Source of the DNA: Schizochytrium sp. TIO01
Lineage: Eukaryota > Protista > Bigyra: Labyrinthulomycetes
Assembly: GCA_004764695.1 (NCBI GenBank)
Contig: SMSO01000032.1
Location: 6,294,483 to 6,358,482, forward strand
Reading direction: 5' to 3'
Length of the DNA: 64,000 nt
The position numbers and the translations under genes were made by a program. Positions within the stretch are counted from its first letter, which is position 1. Each line of letters starts with the position of its first letter. Below the pieces are notes generated by a model, which saw nothing but the letters and a program-made list of their open reading frames with translations, ran no database searches and was not told where the DNA came from. This document shows positions 44,329-54,720 of the stretch, piece after piece.

Positions 44329-45438
44329 ATGTCTGTCGGCCGCGAAGGCAGTTCAAACAGCACTCAAGGCGCTAATGATACTCCTGAGCATCGCGAGGCT
44401 CTGCGCGCGGTGTTGCGGCGTTCTCTTTCAAACGAAGGCGTCCAAGTAGACTTTGCTGCGGATGAGCAGGACGCAGTTCTCCTTCGACACGTTTCTGGCG
44501 GGGACCTCGACGGAGATTTCGACGATGATGAAGACCAGCTCACCAGCGACACAAGCCCCGTCCACGGCGGAGTTCGTGAGGCATTTCTATTCTATGGCGC
44601 CAAGTTCGCTCTCACGGGCACCTCCGCAATGCTAGCCGAATCTGCAACATTTCCCATCGAGCAGATTAAGGTGCGGCAGCAGCTTTCGACAACTTCAGGT
44701 TCTGGATTTCTTTCCACCGCAGCTCATGCGGTAAAATCAGAAGGTATTCAAGGTCTTTATAAAGGCCTCGCTCCCGCTGTGCTGCGTCACGTACCTTACA
44801 CAGGCTCTCGAATCCTGCTGTATGACAAGCTTCGAGGTGTCTTCATTCAGGAGGACGGCTCCGCTCCTTTTGTGAGCAAACTCTTTGTTGGATTTACAAG
44901 TGGTGCTGTTGGACAGACAATTGCGGTGCCCACTGACCTCGTAAAAATCAGACTTATTGGTGATGCTCAGAAGGCAGAGTCTCAGCGAAGATACAAAGGC
45001 CTTCTGGATGCTTTTCGAAAGATCCCTCGTGAGGAAGGTGGTATCTTGGCACTTTGGAGTGGAAGCTCTCCTGCAATTTTGAGAGCGGCGCTTGTGAATC
45101 TTGGTGAGCTGGCTACTTATGATGCTGCTAAACGTAATTGGCTGGCCACAGGGCTTGTGGAGGACGACTTCCGCTGCCACGTTCTCTCTGCGGCTGCATC
45201 GGGACTTGTAGCGAGTTTTGTGAGCTGTCCTGCGGATGTTGTCAAGAGCCGTATTATGAACAATTCAAAGGCTTACAATGGCATCTTGGACTGTGCGGTG
45301 CGAACCGTCAAGGCTGAAGGAACGCTTGCGATGTGGAAGGGCTTCTTCCCGACGTGGGCACGTCTTGCACCGTGGCAAGCTGTGTTTTGGGTGTCGTATG
45401 AACAGTTGCTTAGACTCAGCGGCATGGGCTCCTTTTAG
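44329..45438 (+). CDS. Mitochondrial carrier (SLC25), UCP4/PUMP3-like uncoupling protein family
   Basis: ATG at 44329. Three signature motifs PIEQIKVRQQ, PTDLVKIRLI and PADVVKSRIM. Also LVNLGELATYD and KGFFPTWARLAPWQAVFWVSYEQL. Confidence 0.92.
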   Translation: MSVGREGSSNSTQGANDTPEHREALRAVLRRSLSNEGVQVDFAADEQDAVLLRHVSGGDLDGDFDDDEDQLTSDTSPVHGGVREAFLFYGAKFALTGTSAMLAESATFPIEQIKVRQQLSTTSGSGFLSTAAHAVKSEGIQGLYKGLAPAVLRHVPYTGSRILLYDKLRGVFIQEDGSAPFVSKLFVGFTSGAVGQTIAVPTDLVKIRLIGDAQKAESQRRYKGLLDAFRKIPREEGGILALWSGSSPAILRAALVNLGELATYDAAKRNWLATGLVEDDFRCHVLSAAASGLVASFVSCPADVVKSRIMNNSKAYNGILDCAVRTVKAEGTLAMWKGFFPTWARLAPWQAVFWVSYEQLLRLSGMGSF

Positions 45439-45887
45439 TGAGTTTTGGTTTGTTTCTACTTCATACCGAATCCTTATCTTCTCGCAGTAGCGTCGTTAAT
45501 TCTAGTATTCCTGATGTGGATTCGTTCTCTCTTTCAACAATACCAATTAGTATTCTCATATCTGCCAAGTCTCTGTAAGCTGTTTAGTCCCCGTTCTGTC
45601 AGGTGTTGTATAACGTGCCTCTGTCAAAATTAGGATAAGAATAATAATCAGTCATTTTCCCATGTATGTATAGCGATTTCTACCAGTTTATCAAACACGC
45701 TTAGAGAAATGATGTTATGGGGGGTTTCTGAAAACTCAGAAGTTTTATGAATGAAAAAATATATGAATCATTTGCAAGAAAAGAAAAGAGAATTAAAATT
45801 AGACTTCTATATGATATGATAAAAGGAAAAAAAACGAAAAGGGCAGCGGATGAAGTCTTGCACCAGCAAAAGATTTCTCTCGAAAAA

Positions 45888-48080
45888 CTAAAGCTTAGCC
45901 ATCGGGTTAGTGCTGAGTACCTCGTGAATGTCACGAAAGGCCTGCTTAATCATCTCTGTGAAACGAACCGCATCCTTTGTGCCACCAGAGCGCTTACGAG
46001 ACACAACAGTAGCTACAATCGAGTCTGAGCTCGTGAAACGATAGCACGTGGCGTACGCTTTCGGGTCGTATGCGCCGAAACCAGGCCAATCCTCCATGGC
46101 CCAGGGCATTTGCGAGGTGGACAAAGTAAAGCAAGTGCTCACCTGGTAAGCCTTATCCGCAAAAATGGCTGGGGTTTCGATGCCGTTCATGGCTGCGAGC
46201 ACGCGTAGTCCCAATAAGTGACGATCAATACCCTTGCCAGCCATGCAACGCCTCATATAGTTACGGTGATAGTCAGCGGCAGCACGAATAAGATCAGCAA
46301 CCTGTGCACGGGGTACTGAGGAGTTATCAAAAGCTTGTAAGAACTCCTTCATTGCCAATGATTGTGGTCGAATAGTTTCCGTTCGACCATGGAAGAAGCC
46401 ACGCGTCGATGCCGTTTCGTAAGGCACGGGGACCTCGCCTTGATCACGGTAGTACGCTAAGGCCAAAGACATTTGCACGAAAGAGTCAGTAGTTACAGGT
46501 TTGCAGGTGCTGCTAATCGTTTTGGCGCCAAACTCAAGAAACTCAAGAGCTACAAGAGTATTATCGTCGATGATCTTCGCGAGGTCAGCTTTGGCCTTAT
46601 GCAGAGCCTTGTGCAGGTCAGCATCCAGCTCAAAGTCCAGGCGTCTGGGTTTAGCAAGAGATGAGCTCTTCGTGCCAAATGGAACACGGGTGACCTCCAT
46701 TTTAGCAAGACCTGGCGTATACTTGTCGCCAAGCTTCACGGAATACCCAACCTCTGGGCAATTGGCGTGAATGAACTCATCCACGTACGTCCAAAAGCGA
46801 GCAGGGACAACGGCGTCGGCACTGGTGTGCTCTAGGTTACTAATCATCACGCCATTGTCGCAAATCAGGTGGCTACCACTTTTATCAAACCAGATTTGTT
46901 CGCCATTACCACACTGGCCTTGACGTTGGGCTTCAGATGGGGTATCCGGCGTTGCCTCACTCAAGCAAATGTGAAAGATTGCAGATTCCATGATCTCTAG
47001 CATCTCAGCGTTGGCCTTGCTGAGTTTACGGAGTTTATCACGTGCATCAGCCCAACTATCACGATCCGTGCCAGTAAAGGCGGCAATGCCAGGGCCCCGA
47101 GCCTGCACATCGGCGTCATCCTTGATGGCTTGCAACACCTCGTAAAAGTCCGCAACGGAATACTCGTGGACATTGTCGAGGACGTACCAGTGTCCACGGC
47201 GTTCAACACAAATGTGGCGGCTCTCTGTATATGTCATAAGATGATCACAGTTCTTGAGCGGGATGCGCGTCGTAGAATATACACGCATGTATTGCGAGTT
47301 GCAGAGGACGGCACCCTTGCCAGCCTTTTCTGGTTCCACAAGTTGCTCCACAAGCTGGCGCTGGGCATCAAGGCACCCCTTGAGGAACCACGCGCCACGA
47401 AGCAAGGGCTGTGAGCACGGACGCGAACGCAAGTGCGTCTGGAAGCAGTTGATATTGACGGCAAGGCTTGTGCGGTCCTCAAGGTATGCTTTGGACTCCC
47501 ACCATTCCTCAAGCCAGTGCGCATTTGGATACGCGGATCCATCAGGATGATTTGCGGGAGTCACGATTTTAGGCCCATCCCGGGGCTTAATTTTGGATGC
47601 ACGCTCCAACAGCATAGCATGGAGCTTCTCACCTACACCACCCGCACGGCCAAAATCTTCGACCTTCTTTTTAGTCTCTGTGAACAGAGAAGTATTTTAA
47701 ACATGCATGTGGCATCCAAATACGGTTAGTCCTTTCTCTGAGTATCATCGTGCAGTCCCACAAAGCACCTCGTCGTAGCCTGTCTGAACAATTTATTCAT
47801 ACTGGACGTAATCTGTAAAGAATGCTGCTCAAATAAGAGTTTGAGGGCTAAGCTGTCATGTGTACTAGTCTCACAGTTTGCATTTGCGACCTGTTCTTAT
47901 TATAGCTCCAATAGACTGACGGACTGAGTATTTTGTTTACTTGCACTTACCTGCAAATTCCTCCTGGGTCAGAAGGGGCTCCACGGACTCGAGGTAGACC
48001 TTGAGGGTCTCCTTGAGGTCTGGCACAGGCAGCACCGGCAGGCTGCTCTGCATCTCAAACGTCTTGATCTTGGGTGCCAT
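45888..48080 (-). CDS. Peroxisomal carnitine O-acyltransferase (choline/carnitine acyltransferase family), 2 exons: 48080-47951 and 47677-45888, 639 aa
   Basis: Exon 1 encodes MAPKIKTFEMQSSLPVLPVPDLKETLKVYLESVEPLLTQEEF. A phase-1 GT..AG intron joins it in frame. Motifs WLEEWW..YL, WFDKS, EHTSAD (catalytic His), YETASTRGFFHGRTETIR, GKGIDRHL, LSTSQ. Ends in -AKL (PTS1). Confidence 0.93.
47678..47950 (-). other. Spliceosomal intron (273 nt) of the carnitine acyltransferase gene
   Basis: GCAG|GTAAGT donor at 47950 and TTCTCTGTTCACAG| acceptor at 47678. Splicing restores EEFAETKKKVEDF in frame with the 45888-47615 ORF. Confidence 0.9.
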
Positions 48081-49237
48081 TTTTACCACGTGTATACCTC
48101 GCCAAAAAACAGCTGCTCCTATTGCTTCAGACCTCTTCGCGTCCCGTCAATGTTGCAGCGCAAGTCCAGGTAGGTAAGCCTGCTTTGTCCCAGCCCTGCT
48201 TATGGCAGCGATCTTCGCCCCAGGCTCTCGCTCGAGGCCGCTTCCGTGCTCGCGTGTCTGCAATCTGGGTTTGCTGGGTTCTCCGGTCTTCCCTGCGGAA
48301 TCTCAAAGGGCCTGAATCGAGCAATCAAGACGTACTACTGTTACTCAAAGTTGTAATCAGTAAAGCATTACATCGTTGTTTTTTTAATCAGCAATTCCGC
48401 GCGTCCTTTCCCTTAAAGCTTTATTTTATTCTGTTTTATTTTATTCCATTTTATTTTATTTCATTTTATTTTATTCCATTTAAAACTAAAATAAACAAAT
48501 GTGCTATTATGAATTACCAGTAGGCACCATTAACAGCCAACGATGTAAAAAACTACCGCGACAGATAATTAACTAACTCCATTTCATTTATGTACAGGGA
48601 GCGGCCTTCATTCATTGGTCTCTTTCGCAGTTTTAGGGAGAGGACTGATCGGCATCTGCCACATTCCTTAGGCGCGTCAACTTCGGCTTTCGCTTCTTTC
48701 CTGCTCTTGGAGCTCTTTGCTTCAGGACTTCGGATCGACGATGGTTGAAAACATCAACAACGAGGCTGAAGAGAATCCATCTTCTCACGTGCAAAAGAAA
48801 GGGAAAGAGATACATACATGCTTTTATAATTACAATCATCATCATAATAATAAAAAACGATTGCTTACATCAGCAATATTACACCAGGGTCTTATGACTC
48901 CAACTCCACCAGGCCAGCGAGCCGCTTCTTGATCAGCACGCTTACGAGCACGCCATAAAATGCGATAAGGTCTGGACACGCCTTGTTCGGCAGGACGCAG
49001 CTTCCCTTCACACCCATCAGAGCTCGTCTGCGCAGCTCGATCCGAGGAATATGTATCGCCTCGAAAGAAGACATCAACAGAAGAACTGAAAACCAAAGCC
49101 CAAAAGAGACCATACCATCTTATTTTTAACTTTAAAAACAAACAAAATTATAATTTTTCATTTAATTACAGAGAGGTCCTCTCTTTCTTCAGTATCCAGG
49201 TACTAATAGTCCTTACTGGCGGCTAGCTAGAGCAGCA

Positions 49238-49330
49238 GTATATTTTTATATTTATTTTTATATTTATATTTATTTTTATATTTATATTTATATTTATATT
49301 TTTATTTTATTTTTATTTTTATTTTAAAAG
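49238..49330. repeat. AT-only low-complexity tract (TATATT/TATTTT units)
   Basis: Roughly 90 bp of almost pure A/T hexamer-like repeats. Confidence 0.85.
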
Positions 49331-50286
49331 TTTTTAAAAATACTACTACTAATAATAAAATAAATTAAAAATCAGTAAGCAGAAAGAACAGAAAGCAAAG
49401 TAGTACCTCATTTCTGGCAATGCAATGCAATTGCTCTGCAGAGGGTTCTCGAGGCCGCGGCACAGCTCTCGAGGGTCGAGGACGCTGTGCCTCGGCTGCG
49501 GCGTGCATCCTTGGTCTCCTGGGTGTCCCCCGCGCCTCTTGGGCCACGGCGCAGCGCGGGCAGGTCCTCTCGAGGCAAATTACATCTTGATCGCCTCGCA
49601 ATTGCAATAGCAATTACACGCGCTTTCTCCGCATTTCACCTCTGAAGATAACAAACAACAATGTGGCGCATCAAAGCGATGCGTTGCAAATTCGGCAGAG
49701 AGAGGGCTCCGCCATCAGCAGACTGGCACCTCTCTGGGTGGGCGCCCTGTGCCTCTAAGGCCTCCGCTCACAGCCTCCGTCTCCGAAGAAGTAAGTCTCC
49801 TGATGTGCCGCGTTTCCGCAAATTGATTGATTGAGATTTGTTTGTTCGCGCCACGATCAATGGGCGAGGCGTTACGAAACCGACTATTGTTTGTGCGCCC
49901 CGTTGAATGAGGCGAAGTCTGCGAAATGGCGAAAAGAGCTCTCCGGCGATTGGACCTTTCGAGACACGGCGTCGCGTAAGAACGAAGCTTGCGTATGCAA
50001 AGACAGGCTTGAGGACGACTGCGATGGGCTTGAAGAGCTTTAGGAGCACCGTGCAGTCGTCGCTTCGAAATTGTGCAACTCTCGTGATTCCGATCTCCAA
50101 AATGTGGCCCCCTCCGGATTGTAATACGAAGTGCGCAACGCAAAATGGGAGCGTTGTGTACTTTGGGTCGCGAAGTTGAAGAAGATCATGGCATGAAGAG
50201 CGTGAGCTAAAGCACGAGGTGGGAGTGCTCAAGACCCACGTCGAGACGGCGTCGAAGGCAAGCTTGGGCCTGACTCACTGGCTCGC

Positions 50287-50860
50287 GTGCTCGACCAAGA
50301 GATGCAGGGTATAGACGGAAAGGACATAACGCTACAAAAGCCTCAATGCGCTGGCTTTGAAGTGCCTTTCGGGATTTTTTACAGGGTTTGTACGAACTGC
50401 AGATATCAGTATCAGATAGATTATAAACCTACTTCGAACCGAATTCTTGGAAAAGTTGGTATACGTACATCTCATGCCTCAGAGATGATGAGAAGCGGCA
50501 GGCTTTCTGACAGACACAATATCGTCAGTGCAGCTCAAGTTTTAGGTATCGTGAACTACATCATAGCAAATAAGTTTGTTTTAGAAAGCATGAAGCCTAT
50601 GGCTCACACTGCCATGAACTTGCGTAAAGCAAGAGCCAAGAACTACACCCAATTAGGCAATTTCTAGCATGCGTATACACACAGTCCTGCAAGATTATCA
50701 CAAACTAGGAATCGATCTCTTCGATGAATAACACAATCAAAACTGACTATAAACTTTGTAAATAAGGGGGCACTCCATCCAAAGTTCAAGTTCAAAAGCT
50801 ATGTCTATCACGAAAAGTACCAGGAAGACTGTGTATAAGAGGTGATTATCATCTGAGTCA
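50287..50860 (+). pseudogene. Possible decayed protein kinase (N-lobe in a 126-codon open frame, C-lobe after a frameshift)
   Basis: IDGKDITLQK..PFGIFYRV..K..ILGKVGI..SEMM..RL..HNIV..YII. In the next frame: RQFLACVYTQSCKII..IKTDYKLCK*GGTP. Confidence 0.35.
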
Positions 50861-51694
50861 GTAGGTAGGTATATAGGTACATGTACCAACCTAGCAACCT
50901 AGTGACTTGGGTGTGCACCAATGCAAAGGTGTGTGAATGTCCCCGAGTGTGTCGGGGACCCCTCGCTGAGCCTGAGTCCTAGACCATCGTGAAACGGAAG
51001 AATCATAAATCCATGATCGTGAGTAATCACCCACAAAACTTGTACTAGTACCTAACTACTCGTACGAACTCTGCACTTCCTCGCCCCCATCGATGAGGCA
51101 CGCTTTTTTCATCAATAATTCGCCTTCTGCTGTCAGCAAGAACTCTTGGAGGGAGAAGTAGGTACCTACTAAGGCTACTTTCATACCTTCTATCATGAGG
51201 ATTATACATGATGACCATATACATAGGAGGTACTTAAGAGGAGTTGAGGGATAGTAGTACAGAATGTAAATTGATTTTCGGTTGACAAAAATAAAAAACA
51301 TTACAAACAGAAGCATCGGCTCAATGAAAGAGATGAAGCTTGATGAGATTGACGATCCTCGCATCATCCTCTGTTGTCGTCCAGCAGGTTGCCTCAGAAC
51401 TCGCTTGGACAGGAACTAGGCACCATGATGCATGCTAGCTGATCAATAGGGTTAGAATTGTACACATGGATGTGCGCACAACTATTGATTACAGTAAGAA
51501 AGTCCTAGTTTATTTATGTGTATTAATACACATTATGAAATCTTGCGCTTTCGTGCCTGAACACGAGGTCTTCAGCGCTAGCAGACGCCCAATACAGCTG
51601 TGATTGGGCCTACGATGCGCCCGCGGTGCTGAGTCTGGCCAGCTTATTGCTCGTCTCTCCTGACCCAACTTGTGTATTTTTTTAGCTCTGCGTC

Positions 51695-53263
51695 ATGGTG
51701 GGGAATCTTGCCTCTGTCTTGGACGTGAATGGTGTCTCTAGCGAGCCCATGAGCGTCGCTACCTTAAGTATGAGTCCACACGAGGAGCTGGACAGGCCAA
51801 AGATACCCAGGATGTCGGGTTTAAACCGCATGATCTCTAGAGGCTCCTGTGACAAGGTGTCATCCTGCGTGCGAGGTTTGCACCGCGTGAAGGCTCAGCT
51901 CGCCATGCTCGTGCTCATCGCAGTGGCTTGGGTTGGTTTGTGGTATTTCTACTGTGCATACGATCTCTCGATGGCGCTGTATTTGCAAAAACAACGGCCA
52001 CGATCAGACCGCTTCGAGAAACTAGCAACGAGCATGTTCTTATACACCTCAAAAGAGTACTCTGTAGATAACGAGATGAAGTTGGCCTTGAAACAGGCGT
52101 TTCAAGATCAAGAGGCTCGAGCCGTAGCGACAGGCAAGATTGATGGCGTTCGCGCTGCTAAAGATCTTGGCGAGCTTGGCAAGTACCTCAAGGCGGGAAA
52201 AGGCACAAAGGTCATACTCACATGCATTTCAAGAGACGACTACTATGGGCTGTCAGTTAATAGGTTTCAGCTGGAGGAACTGGGTCGAGCATTTAAAGAT
52301 TATCGAATTATTATCACAGAGAACGACTCTTCCAATGCATACCGAAAGACTCTGGAAGACTGGGCTCGATCAAACAGCAAGGTGAAGATCATATCTAAAA
52401 CATTCAACCTGAAGAAACGACCTCACCTTGGGTTTTTGGGTCGTATGCGTAATTACTATATCGATGAGATTCGGAAGGAGGAGTACGCTGACTTTGAGAG
52501 GGTCATAATTTTTGACATGGACGTCTCACACCGATGGCCAATCGAATCCATTGTCTCAAGCTCAGTCGTTAGAAGTGATCGCTTTGGTGTGCGATGTTTT
52601 CATATTTATGAACAAGGGTATGTGCACCGAGACGTTCTCGCGTTCAGGTCAAAAAAGTATCTCCCCGAATTTCACTTCTCGTCCTATCCACAATCTGTCG
52701 CGCCGGAGACACTACAGCAAGTTCATAAGATTAGCCGCGAATGGTACAAGATGCAATATAGTCCAGATGTTGATAGCTGTTTTGGAGGTATGGCCGTCTA
52801 CAGCCGTTCTGCACTGATGGAGTGCAAGCACGATCCTGAGCGCCAAGATTGTGAACACTTAGGATTGAATGAATGCCTTAAAGAAAAGGAGTACAGCGTC
52901 ATTCTTGATACGACCGTAGCTATCCCGTTCCACTATCGTAAAATCCGGGACGGTCTGCTCGTTGTTCTGCTCTTCACATCTGCTTTGCCTGAGATGCTGG
53001 TGGCCAACCTCATTGGTATGTTACGTTGCTTTTGGGTTCAGTTTTATCAGCGCTCTTTAAGGGTCCAAAGCCTGCGTGACATTGTCAAGCTTTTCATCAG
53101 TGGTTTAGTTTGCCAGTTTTGGTTCGTGCTGCTTGTGAAAGACAGGTATTTTGTTGGATTATTACCTGGCTATGCAATCGCATGCTTGCTTGAATTCCTA
53201 ACAGTAGAGTTTACTTACCGACTCATGAGAACAACAAAAAGTGAATTAATAGGGGAAAAGTAA
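51695..53263 (+). CDS. GT-A fold glycosyltransferase, CAP59/GT69-like, with N-terminal anchor and C-terminal TM helices
   Basis: 522 aa. Motifs IIITENDSS, LGRMRNYY, IIFDMDV (DxD), RDVLAFR, VDSCFGGMAVY and CEH. Hydrophobic segments at both ends. Confidence 0.75.
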   Translation: MVGNLASVLDVNGVSSEPMSVATLSMSPHEELDRPKIPRMSGLNRMISRGSCDKVSSCVRGLHRVKAQLAMLVLIAVAWVGLWYFYCAYDLSMALYLQKQRPRSDRFEKLATSMFLYTSKEYSVDNEMKLALKQAFQDQEARAVATGKIDGVRAAKDLGELGKYLKAGKGTKVILTCISRDDYYGLSVNRFQLEELGRAFKDYRIIITENDSSNAYRKTLEDWARSNSKVKIISKTFNLKKRPHLGFLGRMRNYYIDEIRKEEYADFERVIIFDMDVSHRWPIESIVSSSVVRSDRFGVRCFHIYEQGYVHRDVLAFRSKKYLPEFHFSSYPQSVAPETLQQVHKISREWYKMQYSPDVDSCFGGMAVYSRSALMECKHDPERQDCEHLGLNECLKEKEYSVILDTTVAIPFHYRKIRDGLLVVLLFTSALPEMLVANLIGMLRCFWVQFYQRSLRVQSLRDIVKLFISGLVCQFWFVLLVKDRYFVGLLPGYAIACLLEFLTVEFTYRLMRTTKSELIGEK

Positions 53264-53667
53264 TATTATTCGTCGCGTTGGCTCTGTAGCTTATATTGAA
53301 GATCTCCCTTAGGGTTAAATCAATTCCCACCATTCACCTTGTTTTTTTGTGTTTATAAGAAAAAATGAAACCTCTCCCCAAAGGTACTTCAAGTACAACA
53401 AAAGACTAGAATAAAGTAAAGATTTACATGAGTAGACGTTAATCTCTTCTCGTTAAATCAACAAAAGTATTGTTTATGAGACACTACACCAATCATTAAC
53501 ATCCAAAGAACTTAGAATATGATGTATTGCAGGGTTGCTAGTGTACGTTGACTTATTCAATTTGCTAGGTGGTCTCTTTATTCTAAAAAGGAAGGAAAGA
53601 AGCATACCAAAGCTGTTTGTATAGAAAATAAAATATGGCAATACAGAGCCATGAGCAGCATAACTAA

Positions 53668-54720
53668 TTATACAAGATGAATCTGACCCTCGGAAACACT
53701 CCTCCCTGACTTGTCGCGGGATCCACTTGACTGGTCATTGTGCTGGCCAGACGAGCCCGAGGGAGTATGTTCCACAGACACAGTGCCACCAATCTGGTTT
53801 GCTGCACCACAAATCCCGAGGCACCGCCTCCTTCGAGCAGGGAATGAGCCTTGTGCGCCAGCTGCCGCTGCGCGTTGCTGCTGAGCTTGTTGATCAGCAC
53901 GTGCATTTCTAGCCTTCTCCACCAGGAATTCGTAGGTGGTTTGTGAGCGATACACTAAGCGAATATGAAATAAAAGAAGGTTTCCTATCGAGCCAGACGT
54001 TATAAGTGTGGCAAAAAAGTATACGGCAGCAATTACAAGACGTCCAATTGAATCTGTTGCCAAAAGAATGCCATTGGCATATAAAATAAGCGCGGAAAGC
54101 CCAGTAAAAGTTTCTAATAGCAACATGAGCGTCGCCGTGACTAAGAGGCAAAAAAAACTTGTATAATTCTTGCTTCCGATGCAATATTGAATCCATATAC
54201 AATGGTGATCAAAATGTGAAACACATTTATTACATGTGCGGCAATGCTTGCTAGATCTTCGCACACCGCGTTGGCATACGTGACAATAGCTACGTTCGTG
54301 CTGTGGTAAATCGTGAAGATCAACTACATCGTCTTCTGGATCAAGACACGAGCACCTTACTGTAAACCAAAGCACAGCTAGTGCCAATACAGAGTGAACC
54401 GCACACATAACGTAGTAAATCGGTCCCCGTAAAGGGTCTCTGCTTACCACGTAATACAAGCAAACAAAAAATGGATACATTACCCATGAAAGCATTTGCA
54501 CATATGTCCATGGCCTCTCAAAACCAGTTTTCCTCACATGCTCTCTTTTGTGCTCTGATTGCACATCGTTGCTGATGGCATTGTTGCCGCCGGGAGTGCG
54601 ATTGTTATTAGTATTGGTACCAAATTTAGTAACGCCACTATTATGATGTTGAGCTGTATACGAAGACGTTGGCGTAGGAGAGGTCCATCCTGGTCTTGTC
54701 GTATTCTCCACGTGCGGCAT
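53668..54720 (-). CDS. DHHC protein S-palmitoyltransferase (ZDHHC1/11-like N-terminus)
   Basis: 350 aa. GFERPW..Q, CHVC..SKHCRTCNKCVSHFDHHCIW..CIG..NY..FF, four TM helices, TTYE motif. Confidence 0.95.
   Translation of the reverse strand: MPHVENTTRPGWTSPTPTSSYTAQHHNSGVTKFGTNTNNNRTPGGNNAISNDVQSEHKREHVRKTGFERPWTYVQMLSWVMYPFFVCLYYVVSRDPLRGPIYYVMCAVHSVLALAVLWFTVRCSCLDPEDDVVDLHDLPQHERSYCHVCQRGVRRSSKHCRTCNKCVSHFDHHCIWIQYCIGSKNYTSFFCLLVTATLMLLLETFTGLSALILYANGILLATDSIGRLVIAAVYFFATLITSGSIGNLLLFHIRLVYRSQTTYEFLVEKARNARADQQAQQQRAAAAGAQGSFPARRRRCLGICGAANQIGGTVSVEHTPSGSSGQHNDQSSGSRDKSGRSVSEGQIHLV

Noticed and set aside
48633-49613. Possible spliced minus-strand gene across GC blocks
   Set aside because: Splice sites are weak, and no continuous frame or recognisable product could be assembled.
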